This document shows, piece by piece, positions 18,710 to 28,652 of a stretch of DNA of 64,000 bases; the first letter of the stretch is position 1; each line of letters starts with the position of its first letter. The notes under the pieces are model-generated. The model searched no databases. It was not told the origin of the DNA and was given only the letters and a program-made list of their open reading frames with translations. Source of the stretch: Frankiales bacterium (lineage in GTDB: Bacteria; Actinomycetota; Actinomycetes; JAWWOL01); NCBI GenBank assembly GCA_033851545.1, contig JAWWOO010000105.1, forward strand, positions 2,988 through 66,987, in the 5' to 3' direction. The translations under genes and the position numbers were made by a program.

Positions 18710-20464
18710 CTACATCGCCGCCGGGCCCGACAGCCTGGCGATCGCCACGGACTCAGCCGGCAGGGTCACCCCGTCAGCATCGAACATGAACCCCTCGGCG
18801 CTGGCGAGCACGACGTCGACCACCGGCGCGGGTGTCGGCAGCCGCTGCTCGCCGGCCGCGAGGTTGGCGAGGATGGCGACGCTGCCGCGGCGTACGGCGA
18901 TCCAGCGCTTGTCGTCGTCATAGGCGACCGTCACGGCGTCGAGGTCCGGGTCGGTCAAGTCCGGCAGGTCACGACGCAGCCGGATCAGCCGCCGGTAGAA
19001 GGCGAAAATCGAGTGCTCGGCGTCCTTGTCCTTGTCCAGCTCGGCCCAGTCCAGACGTGACCGCTCGAACGTGGCCGGGTCCTGCGGGTCGGGCACGTCC
19101 GAAGGGTCCCAACCGAAGGCGACGAACTCCTGCCGCCTCCCGTCGGTGATCGCCCGACCCAGGTCCACGTCGTCGTGGTCGGTGAAGAACTGCCAGGGGG
19201 TGCGGGCGCCCCACTCCTCGCCCATCCAGAGCAGGGGCGTGAACGGGCTGGTCAGCACCAGCGCGGCGCCGACCTGCAGCAACCCGGCCGAGAGCTGGGT
19301 CGAGATCCGGGCGCCGGCCGCGCGGTTGCCGACCTGGTCGTGGTCCTGCAGGTAGCCGAGCAGCCGGTGCCCGGACAGCCCGCGGTACGGGGCCCCGTGC
19401 CGCCGGTCGCGGTGCTGCGAGAACCGCCCGCCGTGGACGTAGCCCTCGGTCAGCGCCACCGCCAGGTCGTCCAGCGAGCCGAAGTCGCCGTAGTAGCCCT
19501 CGTGCTCGCCGGTCAGCACGGTGTGCAACGCGTGGTGGAAGTCGTCGGACCACTGGGCGTCCATGCCGAGGCCGTTCGCCTCCCGCGGCGTGACCACGCG
19601 AGGGTCGTTCAGGTCGCTCTCGGCGATCAGGAACAACGTGCGACCGAGCTGCGCCGACAGCGCCCCGACCTCGGCGGAAAGCTCGGACAGGAGGTGGATG
19701 GCCGAGGTGTCGATGATCGCGTGGACGGCGTCGAGGCGCAGCCCGTCGCAGTGGTAGTCCCGGAGCCACATCGCCGCGTTGTCCAGCACGAACCGGCGCA
19801 CCTCGTCCGACCCGGCGTCGTCGTAGTTGACCGCCGAACCCCAGGGCGTCTGGTGCTTGTCGGTGAGGTAGGGCCCGAACTGTGGGAGATAGTTGCCGGA
19901 CGGGCCGAAGTGGTTGTAGACCACGTCCATGATCACGCCGATGCCGCGGGCGTGGCAGGCGTCGACCAGGCGCTTGAGACCCTCCGGACCGCCGTACGAG
20001 GCCTGGACCGCGTAGAGGTCGACTCCCTCGTAGCCCCAGCCCCAGCGGCCGGGGAAGGCGTTGACCGGCAGCAGCTCGACCAGGTCCACGCCGAGGTCGG
20101 CGAGGTGGTCGAGGTGGTCGATGACGCCGTCGAACGTGCCTTCGGGACTGAACGTGCCGACGTGCAGCTCGTACACGACCCTGCCTCGCAGCGGGGTCCC
20201 GTGCCACCGGTCGTCGGTCCAGCCGAACGCGGCATGGTCGACCAGCCGGCTGGGGCCGTGCACACCGTACGGCTGCCACTCCGAGCGCGGGTCGGGCAGC
20301 GGGTCCCTGCCGTCGAGGACGTAGGCGTAGTCCTCACCGGCCGTGAGGGTGAGGATCGAGGCGTGCCACCAGCCGTCGGGCCGGCGGTACATCGGGTGCC
20401 GCTCGCCCCCGGTCTCGACCTCGACCTGTTGCGCGCGGGGCGCCCACACCTGAAGATCCGTCAT
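18710..20464 (-). CDS. treZ: malto-oligosyltrehalose trehalohydrolase (GH13)
   Basis: Trimmed to ATG 20464 (MTDLQVWAP). Blocks YELHVGTFSPEGTF, VIMDVVYNHFGP, GLRLDAVHAI and the TPWGSAVNYD motif. Confidence 0.9.
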   Translation of the reverse strand: MTDLQVWAPRAQQVEVETGGERHPMYRRPDGWWHASILTLTAGEDYAYVLDGRDPLPDPRSEWQPYGVHGPSRLVDHAAFGWTDDRWHGTPLRGRVVYELHVGTFSPEGTFDGVIDHLDHLADLGVDLVELLPVNAFPGRWGWGYEGVDLYAVQASYGGPEGLKRLVDACHARGIGVIMDVVYNHFGPSGNYLPQFGPYLTDKHQTPWGSAVNYDDAGSDEVRRFVLDNAAMWLRDYHCDGLRLDAVHAIIDTSAIHLLSELSAEVGALSAQLGRTLFLIAESDLNDPRVVTPREANGLGMDAQWSDDFHHALHTVLTGEHEGYYGDFGSLDDLAVALTEGYVHGGRFSQHRDRRHGAPYRGLSGHRLLGYLQDHDQVGNRAAGARISTQLSAGLLQVGAALVLTSPFTPLLWMGEEWGARTPWQFFTDHDDVDLGRAITDGRRQEFVAFGWDPSDVPDPQDPATFERSRLDWAELDKDKDAEHSIFAFYRRLIRLRRDLPDLTDPDLDAVTVAYDDDKRWIAVRRGSVAILANLAAGEQRLPTPAPVVDVVLASAEGFMFDADGVTLPAESVAIARLSGPAAM

Positions 20465-20681
20465 GTCGGCAAGCCTTCCACGTGTCGCCGCGATCAACAC
20501 CGGCGACTGCCCGGTTCGCCGTACGGCAACCGGCGCGCCATGGCGCGTTCACTGCCTAACGGCCGACCCGAGGCCGCGGCAGTGCACCGGCTCCTTGACC
20601 GTGACCAGCGCGAGGGTCGGTTAACGCCGAGGTAATCCGGCCGAACCCTGCCCGACACGGCGGCGTCGCACGCTGTTTTGT

Positions 20682-21467
20682 ATGCAATCCGCAAGCCGCC
20701 GCTGGGCCGAGCTCACCTGGCCGGAGGTCCGCGACGGCGTGGCGTCGGGCCAAGGGAACGCTGTCGGTCTGGTGCCCGTCGGGGCCACCGAGCAGCACGA
20801 GCCGCACCTGCCGGTCGGGACGGACACGCTGGTCGCGCAGGCGATCTGCGACGCGGCCTCCGCACGGACCGGCGCGCTGGTGCTGCCGGCGCTGCCGGTC
20901 GGAGTCTCGTACGGGCACGGCACCGTCCTGCCCGGCACCTTGTCGCTCAGCCCCGAGCTGATGGCCGCGGTCATCAAGCAGTACGCGCTGTGGGCTGCGA
21001 TGTCCGGGCTGAAGCGGCTGCTGTTCGTCAACGCCCACCTCGGCAACACCGCCACCATCGGCATCGCCACCGACGTCCTGCGGCTGCACCACCCCGAGCT
21101 GAGGGTGGGCGCCATCGACTGGTGGGCCTGCGATCCCGAGGTGTACGCGCTGACCACCGCCGACGGCGACGACATCCACGCCAACCGGGCCGAGACGTCG
21201 CTGGTGCTCGCGATCGCCCCGGACCTCGTACGGGCGGATCGGATCGCCGAGGCCGACGACGAGGACCGCACCGACGGGCTGGTGTTCCGCTACACCGCTC
21301 CGGCGCTGTCGACGAACGGCGTCACCGGACGCCCGTCCGAAGCCACCGCCGATCTTGGCCGCAGCCTGCTCGACCTGATCGCCGCAGCGGTCGCCGAGCG
21401 GGTCGTGCGCGGCCGTACCGAAGAGCCACCGCTCGGCATAGCCCCCGTACCGCCCTACTTCGTCTGA
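20682..21467 (+). CDS. creatininase-family amidohydrolase
   Basis: VPVGATEQHEPHLPVGTD, FVNAHLGN and HANRAETS motifs of the creatininase/MftE/ArfB fold. Confidence 0.85.
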   Translation: MQSASRRWAELTWPEVRDGVASGQGNAVGLVPVGATEQHEPHLPVGTDTLVAQAICDAASARTGALVLPALPVGVSYGHGTVLPGTLSLSPELMAAVIKQYALWAAMSGLKRLLFVNAHLGNTATIGIATDVLRLHHPELRVGAIDWWACDPEVYALTTADGDDIHANRAETSLVLAIAPDLVRADRIAEADDEDRTDGLVFRYTAPALSTNGVTGRPSEATADLGRSLLDLIAAAVAERVVRGRTEEPPLGIAPVPPYFV

Positions 21468-21485
21468 CTACCAGGAGGATTGATC

Positions 21486-22868
21486 ATGGACACCGTCCAC
21501 CCACTCGCCGATGAGCACGCCCGGTTGGCCCAGCAGCTGCAGGACGACGGGGTCCGCTACGTCACCGGCGGCTGGGTCGACGTGATGGGCCGCAGCAAGT
21601 CGAAGTTCGTCCCTGTCGACCACCTGCCCAACCTGCTGGCCGGTTCCGAGCGCTACACCCCGCGCGGAATGGGCGGCCTCGGCGCGATGAACCCGTACGA
21701 GGATGAGGTCGTCGCGATGCCGGACGTCTCGACGTTGCAGGTCTTGCCGTGGGACACCCGGTTCGCCTGGATGGCCGCGGACATGTCCTTCGGCGGCCGT
21801 GAGCCGTGGGCGCTGTGCCCGCGTTCGATCCTCAAGAAGCAGCTGGCGCTGGCCGCCGACCAGGGCATGCGGTTCAACCTCGGCGTCGAGACGGAGTTCT
21901 ACGCGTTCCAGGAGGTGACCGACCCGACGGCGCCGCTGGTGCCGATGGCGAAGAGCGGCACCATGCGCCCGACGCCGGCGTACGACATGGAGTCGACGAT
22001 GGACGCCATGCCCTTCCTGGACAAGATGGTCTCGGCGATGCAGACGCTGGGGTTCGGCGTGTTCTCCTTCGACCACGAGGGCGGCGACGGGCAGTTCGAG
22101 TTCGACTTCGCCTACGCGGACGCGCTGGCCATGTCCGACCGGATCACGCTGTTCCGGCTGATGGCGCGGCAGATCGCCAAGCAGTGCGGGCTGACGGCCA
22201 CGTTCATGCCCAAGCCGACCACGGGCGGCTGGGGCTCCGGCCACCACTACAACATGAGCCTCGAGGACCTCGAGACCGGCAACAACCTCTTCCGCGACGC
22301 CGACGACCCGAGCGGGCAGGGCTGGAGCAAGACCGCCTACTCGTTCGTCGCCGGCATCATGAGGCACGCCCGTTCGCTGGCCGCGCTCGCGACGCCGACG
22401 GTCAACTCGTACAAGCGGCTGGCGCCCCGGCTGGCCGACGGCTCGATCTCGTGGGCCCCGATGTTCGCTGCCTACGGCTACAACAACCGGTCGTGCATGC
22501 TGCGGCTGCCGGCCAACCGCCCTGCGGTGGAGAACCGGGGTGTCGACTCGGCCGCGAACACCTACCTCACGTCGGCGCTGATGCTGGCCGCTGGGCTCGA
22601 AGGGATCTCCGAGGCGCTCGACCCCGGCGAGCCGGTGTCCGCGGCGACCTACGACTGGGTCGGTGGCACTGCCGCTCAGGCGGGCGCCGTGCCGCTGCCG
22701 CGTAACCTGCTGGAAGGCATCGAGGCATTCGAAGCCGACCCGCTGGTGCACGAGGTCTTTGCACCGCAGTTCGTGAAGGAGTACGCGGAGATGCGACGCG
22801 CGGAGTGGGACGACTACCACGCCCAGGTCACCGACTGGGAGCGCCGGCGATACCTGCTGGACTTGTGA
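21486..22868 (+). CDS. glutamine-synthetase-family ligase (GlnA-like, probable gamma-glutamyl-amine synthetase)
   Basis: ATG 21486 lies 7 nt after AGGAGG. GS catalytic-domain blocks [31 protein letters not shown] and NSYKRL...NRSCMLRLP. Confidence 0.85.
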   Translation: MDTVHPLADEHARLAQQLQDDGVRYVTGGWVDVMGRSKSKFVPVDHLPNLLAGSERYTPRGMGGLGAMNPYEDEVVAMPDVSTLQVLPWDTRFAWMAADMSFGGREPWALCPRSILKKQLALAADQGMRFNLGVETEFYAFQEVTDPTAPLVPMAKSGTMRPTPAYDMESTMDAMPFLDKMVSAMQTLGFGVFSFDHEGGDGQFEFDFAYADALAMSDRITLFRLMARQIAKQCGLTATFMPKPTTGGWGSGHHYNMSLEDLETGNNLFRDADDPSGQGWSKTAYSFVAGIMRHARSLAALATPTVNSYKRLAPRLADGSISWAPMFAAYGYNNRSCMLRLPANRPAVENRGVDSAANTYLTSALMLAAGLEGISEALDPGEPVSAATYDWVGGTAAQAGAVPLPRNLLEGIEAFEADPLVHEVFAPQFVKEYAEMRRAEWDDYHAQVTDWERRRYLLDL

Positions 22869-23824
22869 CGTCCGAGCCCGGGCCGATCGGCCCGCCCAAC
22901 GGTCTGGAGCTCCCGCGGTACGCCGGGCCGGACACGTTCGCCCGGCTGCCGCGGCTCCAGGACGTCGGCCGGGCAGCGGTGGCCATCCTCGGCGTCCCGT
23001 TCGACAGCGGCACGACCTACCGGCCGGGAGCCCGCTTCGGGCCGCAGGCGCTGCGGGCGGGCTCCAAGCTGCTGCGGCCGTTCCACCCGCAGCTCGACGT
23101 CCACCCGTGGGACGTGCACCAGGTGGCGGACGCCGGGGACGTCGGGGTCAACCCGTTCGACCTGCTGGAGGCGGTGGCGACGATCGAGTCGGCCGCTCGC
23201 TCGCTGCTCTCCCAGGCCGACCGGATCGTCACGCTCGGCGGGGACCACACCATCGCGCTGCCGCTGCTGCGCGCTCTGCACGCCCAGCATGGGCCGATCG
23301 CGCTGGTGCACTTCGACGCGCACCTGGACACCTGGGACACCTACTTCGGTGCCCCGTACACCCATGGCACGCCGTTTCGCCGGGCCAGCGAGGAGGGTCT
23401 GCTGGCGCTGGAGTCCTCCGCGCACGTCGGCATCCGTGGGCCGCTCTACGCGCAGAGCGACCTCGACTCCGACCGGGAGCTCGGCTTCGCGGCGATCACG
23501 ACGATGGAGGTCGCCCGGCACGGCCCCGACGCCGCCGTCGACCGGATCCGCGAGCGGGTCGGCGACCTGCCGGTCTACCTGTCCGTCGACATCGACGTGC
23601 TCGACCCGGCGCACGCTCCGGGCACCGGCACGCCGGAGCCTGGTGGCCTGACCACCCGCGAGCTGCAGATGATCCTGCGCGGGCTCGACGGCCTCAACCT
23701 GGTCGGTGGCGACGTCGTCGAGGTGGCGCCGGCCTACGACCACGCCGAGCTCACCGCTCTGGCCGGGGCCAACGTTGCCTACGAGTTCCTGGGATTGCTT
23801 GCCCTGCAGGCAAAGCGTGGTTGA
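22865..23824 (+). CDS. ureohydrolase (agmatinase / guanidino-acid hydrolase family)
   Basis: GTG 22865 overlaps the GS stop (GTGA). Mn-ligand motifs [16 protein letters not shown] and [23 protein letters not shown]. Confidence 0.9.
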   Translation: MTSEPGPIGPPNGLELPRYAGPDTFARLPRLQDVGRAAVAILGVPFDSGTTYRPGARFGPQALRAGSKLLRPFHPQLDVHPWDVHQVADAGDVGVNPFDLLEAVATIESAARSLLSQADRIVTLGGDHTIALPLLRALHAQHGPIALVHFDAHLDTWDTYFGAPYTHGTPFRRASEEGLLALESSAHVGIRGPLYAQSDLDSDRELGFAAITTMEVARHGPDAAVDRIRERVGDLPVYLSVDIDVLDPAHAPGTGTPEPGGLTTRELQMILRGLDGLNLVGGDVVEVAPAYDHAELTALAGANVAYEFLGLLALQAKRG

Positions 23825-24473
23825 GCTGGTCGACCTCTCCATCCCGCTCGACGCCGGGACACAGGTCTATCCGGGCGACCCGGTGTTCGTCTCCTCACCG
23901 GCCACAACCCTCGCTGTGGAGGGCTTCCACGTCCAGCAGATCTCGCTCGGCTCGCAGACCGGCACCCATGTCGACGCGCCCTGGCACTTCGCCGAGGACG
24001 GCCTGCGGATCGACGAGGTGCCGCTGTCCCGGTTCGTCTGTCGCCTGGTGCTGATCGACGTACGAGGACTGGCGCCCCGTACCATGATCGGTTGGGATCG
24101 CCTGGCCGCATGGGAGTCTGCGCTCGGTCCGGACGCTGCGTTGGTGCTGTTCACCGGCTGGCCGGCGCACCGGGGGACCGACGCCTACTTCGACCATCCC
24201 TACCTCGAGGCGGATGCCTGCGCCCGTGCACTGGAGCTCGGCGTCCGGACGTTCGCGGTCGACGCGCCCAACCTGGACGAGACCCGGTTCGACCAGCCGG
24301 CGGCCGACGGGTTCGCCTCGCACCGGCTGATTGCCGCCGCCGACGGCGTCATCGTCGAGAACCTCTGCGGACTCGAGGATCTCGACGCCGGGCCCTATCT
24401 GCTGAGCGTCCTCCCGTTGCGGCTGACCGGCGCGGACGGGGCACCGTGCCGAGCGGTTGCACTGGCCCTGTGA
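23817..24473 (+). CDS. cyclase-family protein (kynurenine-formamidase / isatin-hydrolase-like)
   Basis: GTG 23817 overlaps the ureohydrolase end by 8 nt. The HxGTHxDxPxH-type motif appears as [13 protein letters not shown]. Confidence 0.85.
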   Translation: MVELVDLSIPLDAGTQVYPGDPVFVSSPATTLAVEGFHVQQISLGSQTGTHVDAPWHFAEDGLRIDEVPLSRFVCRLVLIDVRGLAPRTMIGWDRLAAWESALGPDAALVLFTGWPAHRGTDAYFDHPYLEADACARALELGVRTFAVDAPNLDETRFDQPAADGFASHRLIAAADGVIVENLCGLEDLDAGPYLLSVLPLRLTGADGAPCRAVALAL

Positions 24474-24542
24474 CGCCCCATGCAGTCTGTGGGCCATCGT
24501 GTTCGCCCTGGCATCAACAATGTTCCACGAACGGCCCTGCGC

Positions 24543-24863
24543 TCAGCAGCCCTCGTCGGCGGTCGGGTCGTAGCCCTGCAGCCGGACCAGACCGACCGCC
24601 TTCCCATACGCATCAGGCACGATCGCGCAGATCTCGGTGACCTGCCAGCCGTCCGCACCTTCGTCCGCCCAGGCCAGCACCTCGAAGATGTTGCTCCCGG
24701 ACACCAGCCACTCCTCGCTCTCCCAGGCCATGTCGATCTGCTCGAGGTTGGCCGGCCGGTCGGCGTAATCGGTGATCGCATGCTCCCGCCAGTACGAGAT
24801 CCGATACGTCGCCTCGGCAACCTCTAGTGCGCGATCGCGCGGTTCAGCCTTGGTGACCTTCAC
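24543..24863 (-). CDS. hypothetical protein, 106 aa, translationally coupled to the NUDIX gene
   Basis: GTG 24863 overlaps the NUDIX stop (GTGA). GC3-rich throughout. No family recognised. Confidence 0.6.
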   Translation of the reverse strand: MKVTKAEPRDRALEVAEATYRISYWREHAITDYADRPANLEQIDMAWESEEWLVSGSNIFEVLAWADEGADGWQVTEICAIVPDAYGKAVGLVRLQGYDPTADEGC

Positions 24864-25315
24864 AGTGCACCCCAGCCGTACGTGACCAAAGGCTCGCCGT
24901 CGACGATCGCCTGCAGCCCGACGCCGACATAGTCGACGATGTCCGCGGGCAGTGCCGCCCGATCGGCCCAGATCAGCTCGCTGCACTTGTCCGGCTCGCC
25001 GATCGATGGCGTGCCCCGCCAGCTGCCGATGGTGAAGAACAGGTCGAGGTACTCAGCGTCCTGCGGATCCTCCGGCGCCCGGTGCATCACGACCGCCAGC
25101 CGGCACGAGGATCGGTCGGCCTCGACCAGAACCTCCTCGCGCAGCTCGCGGAGCATCCCGCTCACCGCATCCTCCCCGCCGTCGAGGTGCCCGGCCGGTA
25201 TGGAGACCTGCCCGTCGCGGTAGCCCGTACCGGCTCGGCGGATCAGCAGCAGCCGGTCGCCGTCCAGCAGGACTCCGTAGACAGCGGCTGCGACGTGAAA
25301 TCGTTGGTTCGGCAC
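24860..25315 (-). CDS. NUDIX hydrolase
   Basis: Nudix box GHLDGGEDAVSGMLRELREEVLV. 151 aa, GTG start. Confidence 0.9.
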   Translation of the reverse strand: MPNQRFHVAAAVYGVLLDGDRLLLIRRAGTGYRDGQVSIPAGHLDGGEDAVSGMLRELREEVLVEADRSSCRLAVVMHRAPEDPQDAEYLDLFFTIGSWRGTPSIGEPDKCSELIWADRAALPADIVDYVGVGLQAIVDGEPLVTYGWGAL

Positions 25316-25351
25316 TGGCCAACCGTAGCCAGGCCGAGGGATAGTCGGCGC

Positions 25352-25600
25352 ATGGGCGTTCCGACGCGGACCCAGGCCGAGCGGGCGCTCCGGCGCGCGG
25401 TCAACCCGTTCTCGACGGCGATCACCAGGGTCGTCCAGTCGCCGGCCCGCCGCCGTGGCTGGAGCGCGAGGGCCATCAGCCGGTGGTCGCGCCGCCGCCA
25501 GGGGCCGCCGGACGACGACGGGGGAGCAGGCGTACGGGAACCGCGCCGCCCGCTTCCGACCAGGCCTTCGGACGTCATGGAGCTGGACCTGCCCGAATGA
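25352..25600 (+). CDS. hypothetical Arg-rich small protein (82 aa)
   Basis: This frame from ATG 25352 is GC3-rich, and the opposite-strand ORF looks like junk. No family recognised. Confidence 0.4.
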   Translation: MGVPTRTQAERALRRAVNPFSTAITRVVQSPARRRGWSARAISRWSRRRQGPPDDDGGAGVREPRRPLPTRPSDVMELDLPE

Positions 25601-25609
25601 TCGTCGCCT

Positions 25610-26134
25610 TCAGCTCAGCCTGAGGTAGAGGTCGCGCAGCAGGCCGATCTCGGCCCCGTGGTGAGCCAGCTCGTCGAGCGCGTGCACGACCAGGTCGGCC
25701 CAGGTCGACTCGGCGTACGGGCCCCAGTCCGGCCCCAGCCGCGTCCACAGACCGTCCTCGCCGAGGTCCAGGATGCGCGCCCGGAAGACCTCGTACGACG
25801 TCTTGAGGGCGTCCAGGGCCGGGTCGACGTCGCCGAACCAGGCGCGGCCGCGCACCGGCAGCGGCCAGTCACCGAGGGACGGGGAGACGTACGAGGTGAG
25901 GCACTGCAGCCCGATGTGCCACATCCGCCACGCGATCGTGGTGACCGGCGCCGGAACCGGGTTGGGGTCGGCCCAGTCGGCGACCCAGCGGTCCTCGACC
26001 GGTCGGATGCTCCAGTTGTCGGGGACCGGCTCCCAAAGGTATTCGTCGCGACCGAGACCCTGAAGCCGGGCCGAAAGCCGTTCGTACGCGTCGTCCACCC
26101 CGAGCAGGAGCGCCGGCAGCGTCTGATTGGTCAT
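25610..26134 (-). CDS. DinB-family protein
   Basis: 174 aa. Contains WRMWHIG and a C-terminal HALDELAHHGAEIGLLRDL His-rich motif typical of DinB_2. Confidence 0.8.
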   Translation of the reverse strand: MTNQTLPALLLGVDDAYERLSARLQGLGRDEYLWEPVPDNWSIRPVEDRWVADWADPNPVPAPVTTIAWRMWHIGLQCLTSYVSPSLGDWPLPVRGRAWFGDVDPALDALKTSYEVFRARILDLGEDGLWTRLGPDWGPYAESTWADLVVHALDELAHHGAEIGLLRDLYLRLS

Positions 26135-26175
26135 GTTGGGACGTTACCGCCGCCCGTACATGCCAAACTGGCGAG

Positions 26176-26904
26176 GTGTGGGGTGACCAGGCAAAGCCGA
26201 TCGAGGTCGTCGGGCTCGACGGCGACGACACACTGTGGCGTTGCGAAGACCTTTTCCAGCAGGCGCAGGCGCAGTTCCGCGCCCTGCTTGCCGATTTCGC
26301 CGATGATGCGCTGGTCGGCGAGACCCTGAGCAGGGTCGAGCGGGGCAACCTCGCGCTCTTCGGGTACGGCATCAAGGGCTTCGCGCTGTCGGCCGTCGAG
26401 ACCGCAGCCCGGCTGGCCGGACCGGAGCTGCACGCAAGGCTGGTCGAGCAGATCCTCGACCTGGCCAGGGACATGCTCAGCGCACCGGTCGAGCTGCTGC
26501 CCGGCGCAGCAGAGGCGGTGTGGGCGCTGCGCGACCTCGGGCACCGGGTCGTCCTGGTCACCAAGGGCGACCTGCTGGACCAGGAGCGCAAGCTCGAGAA
26601 GTCCGGCCTGGCCGAGGCCTTCGACCACGTCGAGATCATCAGCGAGAAGAACGCCGCGAAGTACGCCGAGCTGCTGCGCGTCCTCGGCTGCCCGCCCGAG
26701 CGGTTCCTGATGGTCGGCAACAGCGTCCGCAGCGACATCGTCCCGGTCATCGAGCTCGGTGCCCGCGCGGTCCACGTGCCCTACCACCTGGTCTGGGAGC
26801 ACGAGCACGTCGGTTCGTGGGCCGGCCACGACAACGTGGTCGAGATCGCCAACCTCAGCGAGCTGCCCGCGCTGCTGGCGTCGACAGCGGCTCGCACCAC
26901 GTGA
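26176..26904 (+). CDS. HAD-superfamily hydrolase
   Basis: Motif I DGDDT in VVGLDGDDTLW, motif II VLVTKG, and motif IV region MVGNSVRSD. Confidence 0.8.
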   Translation: MWGDQAKPIEVVGLDGDDTLWRCEDLFQQAQAQFRALLADFADDALVGETLSRVERGNLALFGYGIKGFALSAVETAARLAGPELHARLVEQILDLARDMLSAPVELLPGAAEAVWALRDLGHRVVLVTKGDLLDQERKLEKSGLAEAFDHVEIISEKNAAKYAELLRVLGCPPERFLMVGNSVRSDIVPVIELGARAVHVPYHLVWEHEHVGSWAGHDNVVEIANLSELPALLASTAARTT

Positions 26905-28547
26905 CCGACCTCCGTACGGCAGCGTTGTCGTGGATTGCGGACGACCCCGACCCGCGGACCCGTGCCGAACTGTCCCGGCTGATGGCGGTCAAGGCGTGGG
27001 ACGACATCGCGGACCGGTTCGCGGGCCGGCTGCAGTTCGGTACGGCGGGCCTGCGCGGAGCGCTCGGTGCCGGCCCCAACCGGATGAACCGCGCCACGGT
27101 GACCAGGGCGGCGGCGGGTCTCGCTGCCTACCTCACCTCCCACGGCGGCGGCCGCGTGGTGGTCGGTTTCGACGCCCGGCACGACTCCGACATGTTCGCG
27201 ATCGACACCCTCGAGGTCATGCGCGGAGCCGGCCTCGAGGCGATCCTGCTGCCCCGGCCCACGCCGACCCCCGTGCTGGCGTACGCGATCCTGCGGCTCG
27301 GCTGCGCTGCCGGGGTCATGGTCACGGCCAGCCACAACCCGGCGGCGGACAACGGCTACAAGGTCTACCTCGGCTCCGGCAGCCAGATCGTGCCGCCGGC
27401 AGATGCCGAGATCTCCGCCGCGATCGACGCTGTCGGCCGGCTCGCCGAGGTGCCCCGCGGCAAGGGGTGGACCGTTGCCGGCGAGGACCTGCTGGACGCT
27501 TACGTCGCGGCCGTCGTCGGCCAGTCGCTGACCCCTGCGCGGGACCTGCTTGTCGCGTACACGCCGTTGCACGGCGTCGGCCGCGACGTCCTGCTCCGGG
27601 CCTTCGCTCAGGCCGGTTTCATGCCGCCGGTCGTGGTGGCCGAGCAGGCGGCGCCGGACCCGGAGTTCCCGACCGTGCCGTTCCCCAACCCGGAGGAGCC
27701 CGGTGCGATGGACCTGGCGCTGGCCCTCGGCGCCTCCTCGGGTGCGGACCTCGTCATCGCCAACGACCCGGATGCCGACCGGTGCTGCGTCGCCGTCGGT
27801 GACCGCATCCTGCGCGGCGATGAGCTGGGAGCCCTGCTGGCCGACCATGTGCTGAGGCACACCAGCGGCGCCGACCGGTTGGTGGTGACCACGATCGTTT
27901 CGTCCACGCTGCTCCGCCGGATGGCCGAGGTACACGGCGTGCACTACGCCGAGACGCTGACCGGGTTCAAGTGGATCATGCGGGCGGACCACCCGGGGGC
28001 CAGGTTCGTCTTCGGCTACGAGGAGGCGTTGGGCTACTGCATCGGCGCCGTCCGTGGGCCAGGGGTGGTTCGCGACAAGGACGGGATCGGCGCCGCCCTC
28101 GCCGTGGCCGAGCTGGCCGCCGAGCTCAAGGCGCAGGGGCTCACGCTGGTGGACCGCCTCGACGAGCTGGCCCGCGAATATGGACTGCACGCCACCGAGC
28201 AGTGGTCGGTACGGGTGGCCTCCCTCGACGAGATCTCAACTGCGATGGCCACGTTGCGGTCTGCCCGGCCAACGTCCCTGGGCGGTCACCCGGTCGCCCG
28301 CACCGTCGACCTGCTCGAAGGCTCCGCCGCCGTGCCCCCGACGGACGGGATCACCTACTGGCTCGGGGATCCCGCCGACCCGTACGGGCGCGTGGTGGTG
28401 CGACCCAGCGGGACCGAGCCCAAGCTCAAGGCCTACCTCGAGGTGAGGGTGCCGGTGACCTCGTCAGTCGCCGACGCACGTGCCGTTGCCGCCGGCCAAC
28501 TGGCGGCCATCAGGGCGTCGGTGCAGCAGCTCACCGGCCTGATCTGA
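26901..28547 (+). CDS. phospho-sugar mutase (PGM/PMM family, likely phosphopentomutase role)
   Basis: GTG 26901 overlaps the HAD stop (GTGA). Active-site loop VMVTASHNPAADNGYKVY. It sits upstream of deoC. Confidence 0.9.
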   Translation: MTDLRTAALSWIADDPDPRTRAELSRLMAVKAWDDIADRFAGRLQFGTAGLRGALGAGPNRMNRATVTRAAAGLAAYLTSHGGGRVVVGFDARHDSDMFAIDTLEVMRGAGLEAILLPRPTPTPVLAYAILRLGCAAGVMVTASHNPAADNGYKVYLGSGSQIVPPADAEISAAIDAVGRLAEVPRGKGWTVAGEDLLDAYVAAVVGQSLTPARDLLVAYTPLHGVGRDVLLRAFAQAGFMPPVVVAEQAAPDPEFPTVPFPNPEEPGAMDLALALGASSGADLVIANDPDADRCCVAVGDRILRGDELGALLADHVLRHTSGADRLVVTTIVSSTLLRRMAEVHGVHYAETLTGFKWIMRADHPGARFVFGYEEALGYCIGAVRGPGVVRDKDGIGAALAVAELAAELKAQGLTLVDRLDELAREYGLHATEQWSVRVASLDEISTAMATLRSARPTSLGGHPVARTVDLLEGSAAVPPTDGITYWLGDPADPYGRVVVRPSGTEPKLKAYLEVRVPVTSSVADARAVAAGQLAAIRASVQQLTGLI

Positions 28548-28652
28548 GCTGCGCGGACACTGCTGAGCAGGACCCCGCACGGTGACTACCCGGGGAGGCG
28601 GCGCGGCGACCGGTTTCCGGCCGTCGCGCTATCGTCGCTCAGTGAGCACGAC

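Noticed and set aside
20590-20670. Fragments resembling guanidine-I (ykkC) riboswitch elements: GACACGGCGG on the plus strand and AGGGTTCGGCCGG on the minus strand
   Set aside because: The two fragments are on opposite strands. The GGUCCGAGAG and AAAGCCCGGGAG cores are absent. The minus-strand version would precede treZ, which makes no biological sense. I treated this as chance similarity, and only a cmsearch could overturn that.
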